DNA of 64,000 nt from an uncultured Candidatus Saccharibacteria bacterium (GTDB taxonomy: Bacteria; Patescibacteriota; Saccharimonadia; Saccharimonadales; JBBQAJ01). Positions 27,202-36,720 of this stretch are shown here, piece by piece. The notes beneath the pieces were generated by a model. That model saw only the letters and a list, made by a program, of their open reading frames with translations. It was not told the origin of the DNA and ran no database searches. Location of the stretch: positions 517,283 through 581,282 of the forward strand of contig CAZQHP010000001.1 of assembly GCA_964593805.1 (NCBI GenBank). The letters run 5' to 3'. Numbering within the stretch: the first letter of the stretch is position 1; the number at the start of each line of letters is the position of its first letter. The position numbers and the translations under genes were made by a program.

Positions 27202-28294
27202 ATTGGTCGACTATGTTTTTGTACTGATACTGCTGGACACTTTTGGCGGCCCACGCCTGCCACGCCTGCCTTACTGGCTGGTCGTTCATCATGAGATCCA
27301 GTTTGCGTGTAAATTCCGGGGCATCGCGAGGATCAACCAGCGACAAACGCCCGGTTCCGCGCAGCACGGTGGCGTAGCCGGGGTTGTCCCCCGCCACAAT
27401 AGGCAGGCTCGAAGCCATGGCCTCCAGCAGCACAATCCCGAAACTTTCGCCGTAACGGGCAGGCGAGCAAAAAACTCGCGCCTCACGTAGCTCCCGCAAC
27501 TTTTCAGCTTCGCTGATCGCGCCCAAAAATTCCACGCGGATGCCGCGTTCACGGGCGTAGCGTTCCAATGATTGGCGGTCTGGCCCGTCGCCGGCTATGC
27601 GCAGTAACACCTCCGGATTTGTGCTTTGCAGCCGTTTGGCGGCGTTTAGCAAAAACTTCACGCCCTTGCGCTTTTCCAGGCGCCCAACGTAAAAAATCGT
27701 CTGAGCTGAGAGTTTAGAGTTTTTGACTCTGGACGCTGTGCTCCGTACTCTGTACTTCTCAAGATCTATGCCGTTTGGCACGATTTCTATTTTGGCAGCA
27801 GTGAGTGTCCGCACGTAGGTGGCCGCGGCATCGGATACTGCCGTCATGGTGGAAAAGTATTTGAGTAAAGATTTGGTATACGGCGTAATCACTTTTTCTA
27901 TGGTACGGCTCATCACGGTGTCTGGCAGTTTGGCGTGAAAAGTGGCTATATTCCTAGCCTTACTTCGTAGCAGTAGTTGACGGGAAAGCAGCGGCACCCA
28001 CGGTTCGTGAAAATGTAAAACGTCAAACTGCTCACTCTCCAGCAGTTCGTCCACTTCGTTGGTGTCTACGCTTACGGAAATCTGCGCGGTGGTGTGGAAG
28101 GGAGACTTTATGTCTGTCGCCGTGCCCAGCAAACGAATAAAATCAGGTACGTGATTGGGCCGTCCCCTGAGCTTCGGCGCAACAATGAGTACCTCGTGGC
28201 CGCGCCGGCCAAGTTCTGCCTGCACAGCCAACACGCATTCCTGCACGCCGCCGCCCTTGAACAAGTCGTAGGGACAAACCAAACCTATTTTCAT
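27179..28294 (-). CDS. Glycosyltransferase family 4
   Basis: 371 aa containing YGESFGIVLLEAMASSLPIV. It overlaps the downstream GT4 gene by 23 nt. Confidence 0.8.
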   Translation of the reverse strand: MKIGLVCPYDLFKGGGVQECVLAVQAELGRRGHEVLIVAPKLRGRPNHVPDFIRLLGTATDIKSPFHTTAQISVSVDTNEVDELLESEQFDVLHFHEPWVPLLSRQLLLRSKARNIATFHAKLPDTVMSRTIEKVITPYTKSLLKYFSTMTAVSDAAATYVRTLTAAKIEIVPNGIDLEKYRVRSTASRVKNSKLSAQTIFYVGRLEKRKGVKFLLNAAKRLQSTNPEVLLRIAGDGPDRQSLERYARERGIRVEFLGAISEAEKLRELREARVFCSPARYGESFGIVLLEAMASSLPIVAGDNPGYATVLRGTGRLSLVDPRDAPEFTRKLDLMMNDQPVRQAWQAWAAKSVQQYQYKNIVDQYEALYKA

Positions 28295-28316
28295 GCTGCT
28301 AACAGTATAGCCTATC

Positions 28317-29249
28317 TTAGACGCGTTCCGAGAGTAATGCGCGGATCTTGGCGGGCGTAAAGGGGCGGGCTTCGGCTTTGCTGAGGATAATGCTTGGGGC
28401 GTGGTTGTTCATTTTGGACTTTACGGAGTGGAAATCTTCAAACACCACCCGCATATGTTGTTCCACTCGGTGGCTGTCTAGATACCTGTCGGCATCTACC
28501 TCAATATGCCAGACCGGCAGGTTGACCCGTTTTTGGCAATTATCCAGGGTCAGAAATGCGGCGGCGGTGGCCATGTAGGTACGGACGTCGTTGCTGTGCC
28601 ACAGATGTATTTCAAAATTCATGATGTCGCGGTGTTCAGCCCGGGTAAGTCCGGCAAACTTTTCGCGGGCGTTGTTGGTTCGGCTGTAGGCAAGCCGCAA
28701 GATAGTGGGGTTTAAGCACACGTTTTGAAAGAAAACCGCCGGCCAGTGGCGCTTGAAAATACGCGCCGCCAACAAATACATACCGTGGCGCCGAGGCGTA
28801 AAGCTAAAGTCGTCATGATGCGTAAAACCGACCGCGCTAATCAACAAGTCAACTTTTTTGGCCAGGTCGGGGTAGCGCTGCAGCATGCGAGTGGCAATCA
28901 CGAATCCCAGACTGAAACCGATGATGGTCAAGTGCTTGCGCCGGTAACGCAGTTTTATAAAACTAGCCAAATAGTCAGCAAAGTTATCAAGCGTCGGTTC
29001 TTTTCCAACCTTGTAAAAACTGTCCATGCCGCCGAAACCAGGCAGGTCGGGCATGGTAACCGCGCCGTAGTCGTTCATGTCTTCCATGATGCCCCAATAG
29101 CGCTCCAGCGAAGCATGGTGGCCATAGACAAACAAAATTTCGCGCTTTTTGCCTGCCGGAGCAGGGATGTGCAGCATGCGCCCCTGCATGCCGTTTATGT
29201 ACAGCGGCGTTATGTAGTCCGCCGGTTTTTGTTGTGAGGTATTTGCCAT
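28317..29249 (-). CDS. Alpha/beta-fold hydrolase
   Basis: 310 aa with a nucleophile-elbow-like motif GFSLG. Confidence 0.6.
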   Translation of the reverse strand: MANTSQQKPADYITPLYINGMQGRMLHIPAPAGKKREILFVYGHHASLERYWGIMEDMNDYGAVTMPDLPGFGGMDSFYKVGKEPTLDNFADYLASFIKLRYRRKHLTIIGFSLGFVIATRMLQRYPDLAKKVDLLISAVGFTHHDDFSFTPRRHGMYLLAARIFKRHWPAVFFQNVCLNPTILRLAYSRTNNAREKFAGLTRAEHRDIMNFEIHLWHSNDVRTYMATAAAFLTLDNCQKRVNLPVWHIEVDADRYLDSHRVEQHMRVVFEDFHSVKSKMNNHAPSIILSKAEARPFTPAKIRALLSERV

Positions 29250-29294
29250 GAGTCTCTACACTCTACCCGTTCAGAGGTGGTTTAGGCAAATAAT

Positions 29295-30563
29295 TCAGTA
29301 TTTCAAATATCCGCCCCCGTGGCGCAAACGCCAAAGCGCCGACCGGGTGGCAATGGCTTCGGCGGCCACTAGCGGCACTTTGTATTCCATGTCGCCCGCA
29401 TGCAGTGTTAGCGTGCCCAACTCATCTCCTGCCGACACCTGGGCGCGCAAAGGTGCCATGCTGAATTCCGCGCGCATGGTTTGCGCCGCCCAGCTCACCA
29501 CAGCTACCCCTTGTTGCGCCACAATCGGCACACTGCTTCCGCCGGGCTGGGAAACCAGGCCGATAATCTGATTGGTTTCTACCGGTTTGGTAACTTTGAA
29601 ATTTTTGAAGGCTTCGTCCAGCAAAGGCAGGGTATCTTTCATAGCTATTACCAAATTTGGGGCGCCCATGACGGCACCGACTACCGTAACGCTGTTTGAA
29701 GCATCTAGCTGTCGCTTGGCCGCGAACAAGTAGCAGCCGCCGGCTTCGTCGGTGTTGCCGGTTTTTATGCCCACAATTCCCGCGCTGCCCAGCTGATAAT
29801 TGACGTTGTACACCGTGCCAGCAACCGGCAGGTCGGCTTGGGGCTGGACTACGATTTCGGCGATTACCGGTTGATTCATGGCTATTTCGGCCAGTTTGGC
29901 CAGGTCTGCCGCCGTGCTGGCTGTTTGGGCGGAAAAACCGCTGGCATCGGCAATCTGCGTATTGCTCAGGCCCAGCGTATCTACAAACGGATTGGCAAAG
30001 GTCAGGTAGTCTTGGGCCGACCCAAAAGCCCAGCGCACCAGCACGTCGGCCATGTTGTTGGCAGAGGGCAGCAGCAGAGCCTGCAGGGCTTGGTATTCCG
30101 TCAACTGCTCGCCGACTTCTACCTCTACCACAGATTGGCCTTCGGCTAAGTACTGGTTATAGGTGGCCACATCTTGTTTAGTAATTGTCATAGTCTCGCC
30201 CTGAGTGCCAGGCTGGATGGGATGGACTTTGAGCACCGCCAGCGCCGTGATTACTTTTGCCACGCTGGCCATGGGCAGCGGCTTTTGTTCGCCGTTTTGG
30301 GCCAGCAAGCCGTATCCGACCGCGCCAATAGCCGCCTGGCCGTAGCCTGGCCACGGCAAGCTCACCGTAACGGCCGCCGGTAGTTTGGGCTCATTCATCC
30401 GTGCCTGCAGCGCAGGCAAGGGGACAACCAGCGCCGCCACGACATACACGGCCAAAATCAGGCATATAAATGGCGCGGCCGACCGCTTACGGCGTTTGGT
30501 TTTTTGCTTTTTGGCGCGTTTGTGCCGCCGCTTTTCCAACTCTTTAGCCTCTAAAACGCGCAT
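29295..30563 (-). CDS. Serine-type D-Ala-D-Ala carboxypeptidase (PBP5/S11-like)
   Basis: It has an N-terminal membrane anchor, an SxxK motif (ASVAK), and a PSANN motif that matches SxN. Confidence 0.8.
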   Translation of the reverse strand: MRVLEAKELEKRRHKRAKKQKTKRRKRSAAPFICLILAVYVVAALVVPLPALQARMNEPKLPAAVTVSLPWPGYGQAAIGAVGYGLLAQNGEQKPLPMASVAKVITALAVLKVHPIQPGTQGETMTITKQDVATYNQYLAEGQSVVEVEVGEQLTEYQALQALLLPSANNMADVLVRWAFGSAQDYLTFANPFVDTLGLSNTQIADASGFSAQTASTAADLAKLAEIAMNQPVIAEIVVQPQADLPVAGTVYNVNYQLGSAGIVGIKTGNTDEAGGCYLFAAKRQLDASNSVTVVGAVMGAPNLVIAMKDTLPLLDEAFKNFKVTKPVETNQIIGLVSQPGGSSVPIVAQQGVAVVSWAAQTMRAEFSMAPLRAQVSAGDELGTLTLHAGDMEYKVPLVAAEAIATRSALWRLRHGGGYLKY

Positions 30564-30690
30564 ATACTTCTAATTATAGTGCTTATGCTGCCCACGGCTT
30601 ATTGTAAAAAATACTTGACTAACTATGTATGCCGGAGTATACCAATGATATTAAGCAAATAAAGATTAAATAATCTAGAAAGCAATACAA

Positions 30691-30933
30691 ATGCAACGGG
30701 GATCAGGATTAAAAAGAGAGCAATTAACAGAAGCTCGTAAAATTGCATATTTGTCAGTTATAGAAGGTCGTAGTGGTGACCCAGGCGTTAGAGAAGAGCA
30801 GTTTTTACAGGCACTAATAGGGAATTTACCAACTGAGCAAGCCGAAAGAGCACTATATGCTTTTCGTAAAAGCATACTACCCGCTGAACAACGAGGAATA
30901 CCGGTTGGAAGAATCGCTGTCGAAGCCGAATGA
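30691..30933 (+). CDS. Hypothetical 80-aa protein
   Basis: ORF only. A promoter-like TTGACT-17-TATACC lies upstream. Confidence 0.3.
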   Translation: MQRGSGLKREQLTEARKIAYLSVIEGRSGDPGVREEQFLQALIGNLPTEQAERALYAFRKSILPAEQRGIPVGRIAVEAE

Positions 30934-31007
30934 TTGTTATATCCACCTAAGATTGTTCAAATCAGTAATATGAGCTAAAATCTAATCTGTTACCAATCTG
31001 AATATAT

Positions 31008-31082
31008 TGGGGGTTGGCCAAGTGGTAAGGCACCAGTTTTTGGTACTGGCATTCGCAGGTTCGAATCCTGCACCCCCAGCCA
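31008..31082 (+). tRNA. tRNA-Gln (anticodon UUG), CCA encoded
   Basis: I folded the cloverleaf manually. The acceptor stem pairs tgggggt with accccca. The anticodon arm is ccagt-TTTTGGT-actgg, and the T arm is gcagg-ttcgaat-cctgc. The sequence is closely similar to E. coli tRNA-Gln. Confidence 0.93.
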
Positions 31083-31128
31083 AAGGAATTATATTGACAA
31101 TAGGTTTATCTTAAGTTAAACTTTAATT

Positions 31129-31362
31129 ATGAAAACAACGAGCTCTAGTAACACGGTCAGCCTAAAAGATCTACGGGAAAGATTTCCCGAATATATTGAC
31201 GCCATAGCTAAGGGGCAAAGTTTTACGGTGGTTAAGCGCTCTAAGCCCATCTTTCAAATCAACCCAATTAGTGACGAAGGAAATTGGCAAACAATTGCAG
31301 ACTTCACGCAAATCAGTGAGCACGGAATTCCAGCTGATGAAATTCTCAATGCGCTAAGTTAA
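31129..31362 (+). CDS. Type II antitoxin (Phd/YefM- or RelB-like)
   Basis: 77 aa located 8 nt upstream of a RelE/ParE-like toxin. The pattern LKDLRERFPEYIDAIAKGQSFTVVKRSKP is antitoxin-like. Confidence 0.6.
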   Translation: MKTTSSSNTVSLKDLRERFPEYIDAIAKGQSFTVVKRSKPIFQINPISDEGNWQTIADFTQISEHGIPADEILNALS

Positions 31363-31370
31363 CATTCGTT

Positions 31371-31616
31371 ATGGCAGATAAGATTAAAAAAATTCTAGCC
31401 AAGTTATCCAAACAAGAGCTCGAAATAGTTAAACTTCTTATACTCAGAATTAAGCTAGACGACACTTCAGGTCTTGATATTAAACATTTGAAAGGCCACA
31501 AGGACTTATTTCGAGTCAAAAAAGGCAGGCTAAGAATTGTATACCGAAAGACCACGCATAGCTTTCTGATACTCAGGATTGATCGTAGAAACGAAAAGAC
31601 ATACAAAGACCTGTAG
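31371..31616 (+). CDS. Type II toxin, RelE/ParE family
   Basis: 81 aa. The C-terminal pattern FRVKKGRLRIVYRKTTHSFLILRIDRRNEKTY matches the RelE/ParE consensus. Confidence 0.65.
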   Translation: MADKIKKILAKLSKQELEIVKLLILRIKLDDTSGLDIKHLKGHKDLFRVKKGRLRIVYRKTTHSFLILRIDRRNEKTYKDL

Positions 31617-31704
31617 TTGCTCAAGTAGCGGCACGGTTCAGATCCCTCCTCTCCGGCCAAATGCGGCACAACACGGATTTAAGCAAACCGAGTACAATAG
31701 ACTT

Positions 31705-32925
31705 ATGGTTAAAAGACAGGGTGGATTCGCCCATCCGGGGCTTACACTTATTCTATTGGTAGTTTTAGCTGCCATTGGTTTAGCTGGTCGTCAAGTCTGG
31801 CAAGCCAAGCATACCGCCAAAAATCAACCGGCTAATTCCGGGCTTGAAAACGCCCAATCAGACGCATTATCCAAGTGCACAAACGGCCCGCTGTTTGACC
31901 ATATACCAATGGCCTTGGGCGATTTCAAGGCCTTTCGGCCGCTTGGTTTCGTGAGTATTCCAATTCATATCTTCGGCGCCAAACACTCCAACTTCGCTAT
32001 TAACTTGCCGAACGAGCACATCAGTGGAAAGCCAGTGGAATTCCCCGGCGACGCCGTAGTTACCAGTCTCATTTCCACCGCCAGCACTAGCGGTAACGGT
32101 TATCAAATAGTTTTCTACCCTTGCCGCGAGTTCAAATCCTACTTAACGCACCTGGGGACGATTTCAGATAGGCTAAAAACGGAGTTTTCTAAGGCCTCGC
32201 CAAAATGCCAGGATTTTGTCTTTGATAGTAGTGGCAAAACTACCAAATGTACGGCCGCCATGAATATAAAAGTAAGCTCCGGCGAGCTGGCGGGCACCAA
32301 CGACGGGTTTGGCGGGGTAGATTGGGGAGCTGTTGACTACCGTTTGTCCGCTGAATACGCTAACCCTAGCCGCTACGATGGGGACTATCCGCACTACACC
32401 TCACCGATACTCTATCTGCGCAAGGATCTGAAAGCCACGATAATGGACAAGTTGGGTAGCTGGGACGGCGAGGTTAAACGGACCGCTGAACCGCGAACTG
32501 GAAGCTTGAATCAAGATGTCAAAGGTACCGCACAAGGCAACTGGTTCATAGGGGATAAAAATTTTTATAACACGCAAGATTTTAATCCCTTCATGGCGTT
32601 ACTTCACGATTACATAGACCCGGCCCAGCCGGAATTTTCGATGGGGACGTCAGTAAAAGGTTTGGCGGCCGGTATATACAGCTTCCGGGTAAGCAACAGC
32701 GGACTAAAAAACCGCGATTTTAATGATGTTAAGCCCGATGGTAACATTTACTGTTACGACGCTTGGATTTCGGGCCGCTCAACTGGCCATCTGCCCCTGA
32801 CCACTCCCAGCGGAGTAATTCTGTTAAAAATGTCTGATGGCCAGACCCTTCAGGTGGAGCATCAAAGCGGCTCCTGTGCGACGGCGCATTCTGTTACTGC
32901 TGCGGCAACTATTTTTAAACGCTAA
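31705..32925 (+). CDS. Hypothetical secreted/membrane-anchored protein
   Basis: The ATG at 31705 is followed by a signal anchor (GLTLILLVVLAAIGLAG). The upstream part of the ORF overlaps the toxin gene. Confidence 0.55.
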   Translation: MVKRQGGFAHPGLTLILLVVLAAIGLAGRQVWQAKHTAKNQPANSGLENAQSDALSKCTNGPLFDHIPMALGDFKAFRPLGFVSIPIHIFGAKHSNFAINLPNEHISGKPVEFPGDAVVTSLISTASTSGNGYQIVFYPCREFKSYLTHLGTISDRLKTEFSKASPKCQDFVFDSSGKTTKCTAAMNIKVSSGELAGTNDGFGGVDWGAVDYRLSAEYANPSRYDGDYPHYTSPILYLRKDLKATIMDKLGSWDGEVKRTAEPRTGSLNQDVKGTAQGNWFIGDKNFYNTQDFNPFMALLHDYIDPAQPEFSMGTSVKGLAAGIYSFRVSNSGLKNRDFNDVKPDGNIYCYDAWISGRSTGHLPLTTPSGVILLKMSDGQTLQVEHQSGSCATAHSVTAAATIFKR

Positions 32926-33175
32926 AAGAACTTCAGTTCCGAATTGAGGAGGCTAAGCCATACCAAACTCAAGAGTAAGTTAGAAACCTCAGAGCCTAGC
33001 ACGCCAACAAACATGGCTATAATGCCTCAGAGGGTTCCAAACCCGTACGCTCAGCCAAGTTGATTTGTAAAATTATATATTGTTAGAAAACTACAGCTTT
33101 TGTGCTTTTCCTGATTTGACTTCGGCATAAACATGACCATAATGGGTTGCGGACTATTTAACGCAAAGGATTAGT

Positions 33176-33886
33176 ATGAAATTGAATGAAAATGGCTCGC
33201 TGTCGTTAATAATTATTAGTATTGTTGCTGGCCTTTTTGTAACAAGCACCGGAGTGGTTGTTGCGGCCAATGGCAGCAAACCCGGAGATACACTTTATAG
33301 CATTGACCGAAAGGCAGAAACGGTGCAGTTGGCTCTTGCCATCACGGATGGTATTAGGAAGGAAACCCATAAAACCATTGCCGAGGAACGGCTCCTGGAG
33401 CTCCAGGCGCTATTTGCCGAAAAAGACCTGGACGTACCCGGCATTGCCAATGCACTTAACAGTTTTGAAGAACATAAATCTAAAGCGGACGATTTATTGG
33501 ACGATGATGGCGATATTGATGAAAATGAGCAGAAAATAAAAAATGAATTAGAAGATAAAAAATCCAGGATAGATAAACTGTTCGAAGCCCAACAGAAAAC
33601 TATGGAAAATCAGCGCGAAAGCCTGAAAAAGCAATACGAACAAGCTGTAAAAGACGGCAATACTGCCCTGGCAGCCTCTTTGCAAGCTCAAATTGACAGC
33701 TACGAAACTTTACTTAAAGACGCTGAAAACATGCGTGAAGACCAAAAGCAAGAAGCAGAAATCCAGCAAGAAACAGAAAAGAAGGCCGCCGAAGAGCAGT
33801 CTGAGGCTGAAAAACAAGCGGCAGAAGCCGCCAAAAAAGCTGCCGAACAACAGGCCGAGGCAGAAAAAAAAGCTGCCGAACAGTAA
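33176..33886 (+). CDS. Membrane-anchored coiled-coil protein (DUF5667-like N-terminus) with a Lys/Glu/Ala repeat tail
   Basis: It has a signal anchor, the motif PGDTLYSIDRKAETVQLAL, and C-terminal AAEQQAEAEKKAAEQ repeats. Confidence 0.6.
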   Translation: MKLNENGSLSLIIISIVAGLFVTSTGVVVAANGSKPGDTLYSIDRKAETVQLALAITDGIRKETHKTIAEERLLELQALFAEKDLDVPGIANALNSFEEHKSKADDLLDDDGDIDENEQKIKNELEDKKSRIDKLFEAQQKTMENQRESLKKQYEQAVKDGNTALAASLQAQIDSYETLLKDAENMREDQKQEAEIQQETEKKAAEEQSEAEKQAAEAAKKAAEQQAEAEKKAAEQ

Positions 33887-33947
33887 TACCTACAGGAACG
33901 TCCTTAATCTAAATCTACGTGTTATAAATCCTAATTCTCCGGTCAAT

Positions 33948-34505
33948 CTACACAAGCGGGACGAACATAAAGCCCGGGTGCGTTTTGGTTTCATAATCGC
34001 CGCCCTTGTTTTTAGTAATTTCTAAAACGTCATCTATGACGGGAATTACCAGTTTGCCGCCGACTTTTAGCTGGCCAAGTAGTTCTTCGGGCAGCTTTTG
34101 GGCGGCTGCGCTTACCAATATGCGGTCGTATGGCGAGTGCTTTGGCAGGCCGTAGCTTTGCCCGGCTTGAAAAAATTGAACATTCTGCGCCCCGGCTTTT
34201 AGGCAGTTGCTCCTGCCCAATTCCACTAACTCTGGGATTCTTTCAACGGCATACACCTTGCCCCTGGAACCAACGATTTGCGATAGCAGCGCCGAAGTCC
34301 ACCCCGACCCGGACCCAACATCAAGCACCCTGTCGCCGGGCTGAGGCTCAAGCCACTCCAGCATCATACGTACGGTGCTGGGCTGGCTAATGGTCTGGCC
34401 AAAACCTATGGGCAGGGGGGCATCAATGTTTACTTGGCCGCGCAGGCTTTCGTGTACAAAATCTTCGCGGCGGACTTTGCTAAAGGCCTTCTCTACTGTG
34501 TCCAT
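33948..34505 (-). CDS. pcm: Protein-L-isoaspartate O-methyltransferase
   Basis: Contains GQTISQPSTVRMML and the SAM-binding motif VLDVGSGSGW. Confidence 0.88.
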   Translation of the reverse strand: MDTVEKAFSKVRREDFVHESLRGQVNIDAPLPIGFGQTISQPSTVRMMLEWLEPQPGDRVLDVGSGSGWTSALLSQIVGSRGKVYAVERIPELVELGRSNCLKAGAQNVQFFQAGQSYGLPKHSPYDRILVSAAAQKLPEELLGQLKVGGKLVIPVIDDVLEITKNKGGDYETKTHPGFMFVPLV

Positions 34506-34556
34506 AACACTAATTATAGTCCAGCGGCTCCCAGACCCGCACGATCAGCTATTGAT

Positions 34557-34698
34557 TTGAACGTTTATGAGGGGCGTGGTATAACAATTGCATGGCTAAA
34601 CACATAATTAGCATTCAAATTATTAGCAGGAGTTGCTCCGCGTAGTTTGATTTGTCAAAAATTAGGTAACTAGCGGAGGCAAACAGGCCTCCGTTTTT
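34557..34698 (+). ncRNA. Candidate ~105-nt small RNA or terminator-containing leader
   Basis: The promoter is TTGAAC(34557-34562)-17 nt-TATAAC(34580-34585). The terminator is cggaggc-aaacag-gcctccg followed by TTTTT (34674-34698). It contains a 17-codon ORF, MAKHIISIQIISRSCSA. Confidence 0.4.
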
Positions 34699-34714
34699 GA
34701 TTGAAAAGGAAACC

Positions 34715-34996
34715 ATGGAAGCTAAACCAAGTTTTACATTTAGCGATTACTGGCGATTGTACGAAACAGCCGGTGAAATGGGCATAAAGCCCCTCGCCGA
34801 GCATAAAATAGGCGACCTGCACCGTAAAACCGTCGGCGGGGCGCGCCGGCAGGTGAACGGTAGTGAGTATTTAGAAAGTTGCGGCTTTGAGCCGACAGCG
34901 GCCAAAGAGGTAGCCGACCGCTTCAAAACCACGCTAGAACTCCTGCAGTCGCTGGCCGTGGGCACGACAGTCAATCCAGGCAATCGCTATAACTAG
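34715..34996 (+). CDS. Hypothetical 93-aa protein
   Basis: An AAGGAAA RBS precedes the ATG at 34715. No motif was recognised. Confidence 0.45.
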   Translation: MEAKPSFTFSDYWRLYETAGEMGIKPLAEHKIGDLHRKTVGGARRQVNGSEYLESCGFEPTAAKEVADRFKTTLELLQSLAVGTTVNPGNRYN

Positions 34997-35889
34997 TTGT
35001 TTTGGTGTTCTTTGTAGGCGATGAAATAGATGCTTGTCAGGGCGATGACAGAACCAATCAGTTTTTCGAACGAATACGGTTCAGACAGAATCAGCACCCC
35101 GGCAAGAGCCGAAAAGAATATCTGCATATTGTTGAGCACGATTGTGTTATTAGCGTTTATCAGATACACCGCCCGGGCAAACGTTTTCATACACAGCCAA
35201 TAGAACAAACCAGCCAGGACAGCAAAGGGCAAAAGGCTACGCACCAGCGCCAGGTCGTTTATGATAAACGGAGAGGCTGCAAGGGCAATGACGCCGCCAA
35301 TCGCCAGCCGTACATCTGGGACCAACCGAGCACCACCCATCTGTTTCATTACAACCCGCGAATAGGCATTGCCAAAGCCAAAAAACAGCGCCGAGCCTAA
35401 GATAATGGCATCGCCCTTATGTAGGGCCAGAGATCTAAATCCAACCACCCCGATGTATAAACCTACAAACAAAGCAACAATCCAAACGTACTGCGTTTTG
35501 TGGTGTCGTTCCTTCAAAAGCAGGTGGGAGAAAAAACCAGTTGCCACAATTGTAGCCGTCATAAGTAGTGAAGCATTGACTGCCGAAGTATAGCGCTGTC
35601 CAACCACAAATATGGCTACGGCCATGGTGCCGGCAACTCCGACTGCCAACAATGGCTTAAAATTTTGCTTAATCAGTGTCGTGTTTTCCGCGTTACGCTG
35701 AAACTGCAGGGAAATCAGTGCAAAAAATGCACCGAATATAGCAAATATCAAACTGTACTCGAGGGCACTGATGTCATAGTGCGTATAAATGTATTTGTTG
35801 GTCGTTACATAGCCAGCAACAAAAACGGCCGACAGAATACCACATAGCAGACCTAGGGTTTTTTCTGGTAGGTTGTGTCGATTCATCAA
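34993..35889 (-). CDS. EamA/DMT-family transporter
   Basis: 298 aa with about 10 TM segments and a duplicated EamA-like architecture. Confidence 0.7.
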   Translation of the reverse strand: MMNRHNLPEKTLGLLCGILSAVFVAGYVTTNKYIYTHYDISALEYSLIFAIFGAFFALISLQFQRNAENTTLIKQNFKPLLAVGVAGTMAVAIFVVGQRYTSAVNASLLMTATIVATGFFSHLLLKERHHKTQYVWIVALFVGLYIGVVGFRSLALHKGDAIILGSALFFGFGNAYSRVVMKQMGGARLVPDVRLAIGGVIALAASPFIINDLALVRSLLPFAVLAGLFYWLCMKTFARAVYLINANNTIVLNNMQIFFSALAGVLILSEPYSFEKLIGSVIALTSIYFIAYKEHQNN

Positions 35890-35898
35890 TTATGGCAC

Positions 35899-36315
35899 TC
35901 AGTCTAGAACAACGTCTTCGGTCTGTCCTGGTGGTTTTAGGATGTTGTCTACCAAAATATCTAGCTGGTCGTTGGTGAGGTTTGATTTCATGGCGTAGCC
36001 TTCAATCCCAAGGTTTCGCAAGCCTTCTGGGGCGTCGGCTTCGCTGAGGGCGGAAAGCACTAGAACCGGGATGTTTTTGCCCCAACTGCTGGCGCGCATA
36101 ATTTTGAGTATTTGATCGCCGGCGATTACCGGCACCATCAGGTCCAAAAGTACCAAATTTGGCAGTTCTTTTTCTATCAGCGCCAGGGCCGTTTTGCCAT
36201 CAAACGCCGTAAAACATTTGTAACCCAAAAGCTCCAGTCTGGTTTTATAAATTTCAGAAAGGTTGGCTTTGTCTTCTACAATAACAATTTTTTGAGCCGT
36301 GCCGAATTTGTCCAT
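35899..36315 (-). CDS. Stand-alone response-regulator receiver domain (CheY-like)
   Basis: 138 aa with a phospho-acceptor context (LVLLDLMVP) and a conserved Lys region. There is no output domain, and no kinase lies nearby. Confidence 0.8.
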   Translation of the reverse strand: MDKFGTAQKIVIVEDKANLSEIYKTRLELLGYKCFTAFDGKTALALIEKELPNLVLLDLMVPVIAGDQILKIMRASSWGKNIPVLVLSALSEADAPEGLRNLGIEGYAMKSNLTNDQLDILVDNILKPPGQTEDVVLD

Positions 36316-36388
36316 ATGCCTACAATTCTAACCCAACTTGCCAATTTCAACCATTTACACTTCTGTTTTGATGTATAATGCTTGCTAT

Positions 36389-36634
36389 ATGAGGGAAGAT
36401 GAGTTTACTAAACTATTCAAATACATGCAGAAAGAGTTCAAGGTTATTAACGACCGTCTTGAACAAACTGCAACCAAAGATGAGTTAGGTCGTCTTACTA
36501 ACGCTATTGACGCGTACGCAAAACAAACCGAAACCTACATGCAGGAAATGTTGGCACTCGGGAACAAAGTTGACCGCCTTGAACAGTGGATTCTGAAGGT
36601 TGCCGAGGCAACGGGCGTAAAGCTAGCAACCTGA
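36389..36634 (+). CDS. Hypothetical coiled-coil protein (81 aa)
   Basis: The ATG at 36389 lies about 9 nt downstream of a perfect TATAAT (36374-36379), so the transcript may be leaderless. Confidence 0.45.
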   Translation: MREDEFTKLFKYMQKEFKVINDRLEQTATKDELGRLTNAIDAYAKQTETYMQEMLALGNKVDRLEQWILKVAEATGVKLAT

Positions 36635-36668
36635 AAACTGTTCGTATAACCGAACTTTGCCCACGCAG

Positions 36669-36711
36669 CTATTGTGCTCATGGTTGCATTTGTTAGTTGT
36701 AAATGTATTAC
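36669..36711 (+). promoter_or_regulatory. Conserved promoter-like element, copy 1 (divergent)
   Basis: ctattgtgctcatggttgcat-16 nt-tattac, upstream of plsC. Confidence 0.5.
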
Positions 36712-36720
36712 TGTTTGTCA

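Noticed and set aside
31579-31704. The secreted-protein ORF has an upstream extension overlapping the RelE-like toxin gene.
   Set aside because: The extension overlaps the toxin's 3' end in another frame. The ATG at 31705 places a typical signal anchor at the N-terminus.
34592-34645. The Ile-rich 17-codon mini-ORF might be a classical amino-acid attenuation leader peptide.
   Set aside because: The downstream gene is a 93-aa ORFan, not an Ile/Val/Leu biosynthesis or tRNA-ligase gene. Four Ile codons in a 17-codon AT-rich ORF are not compelling.
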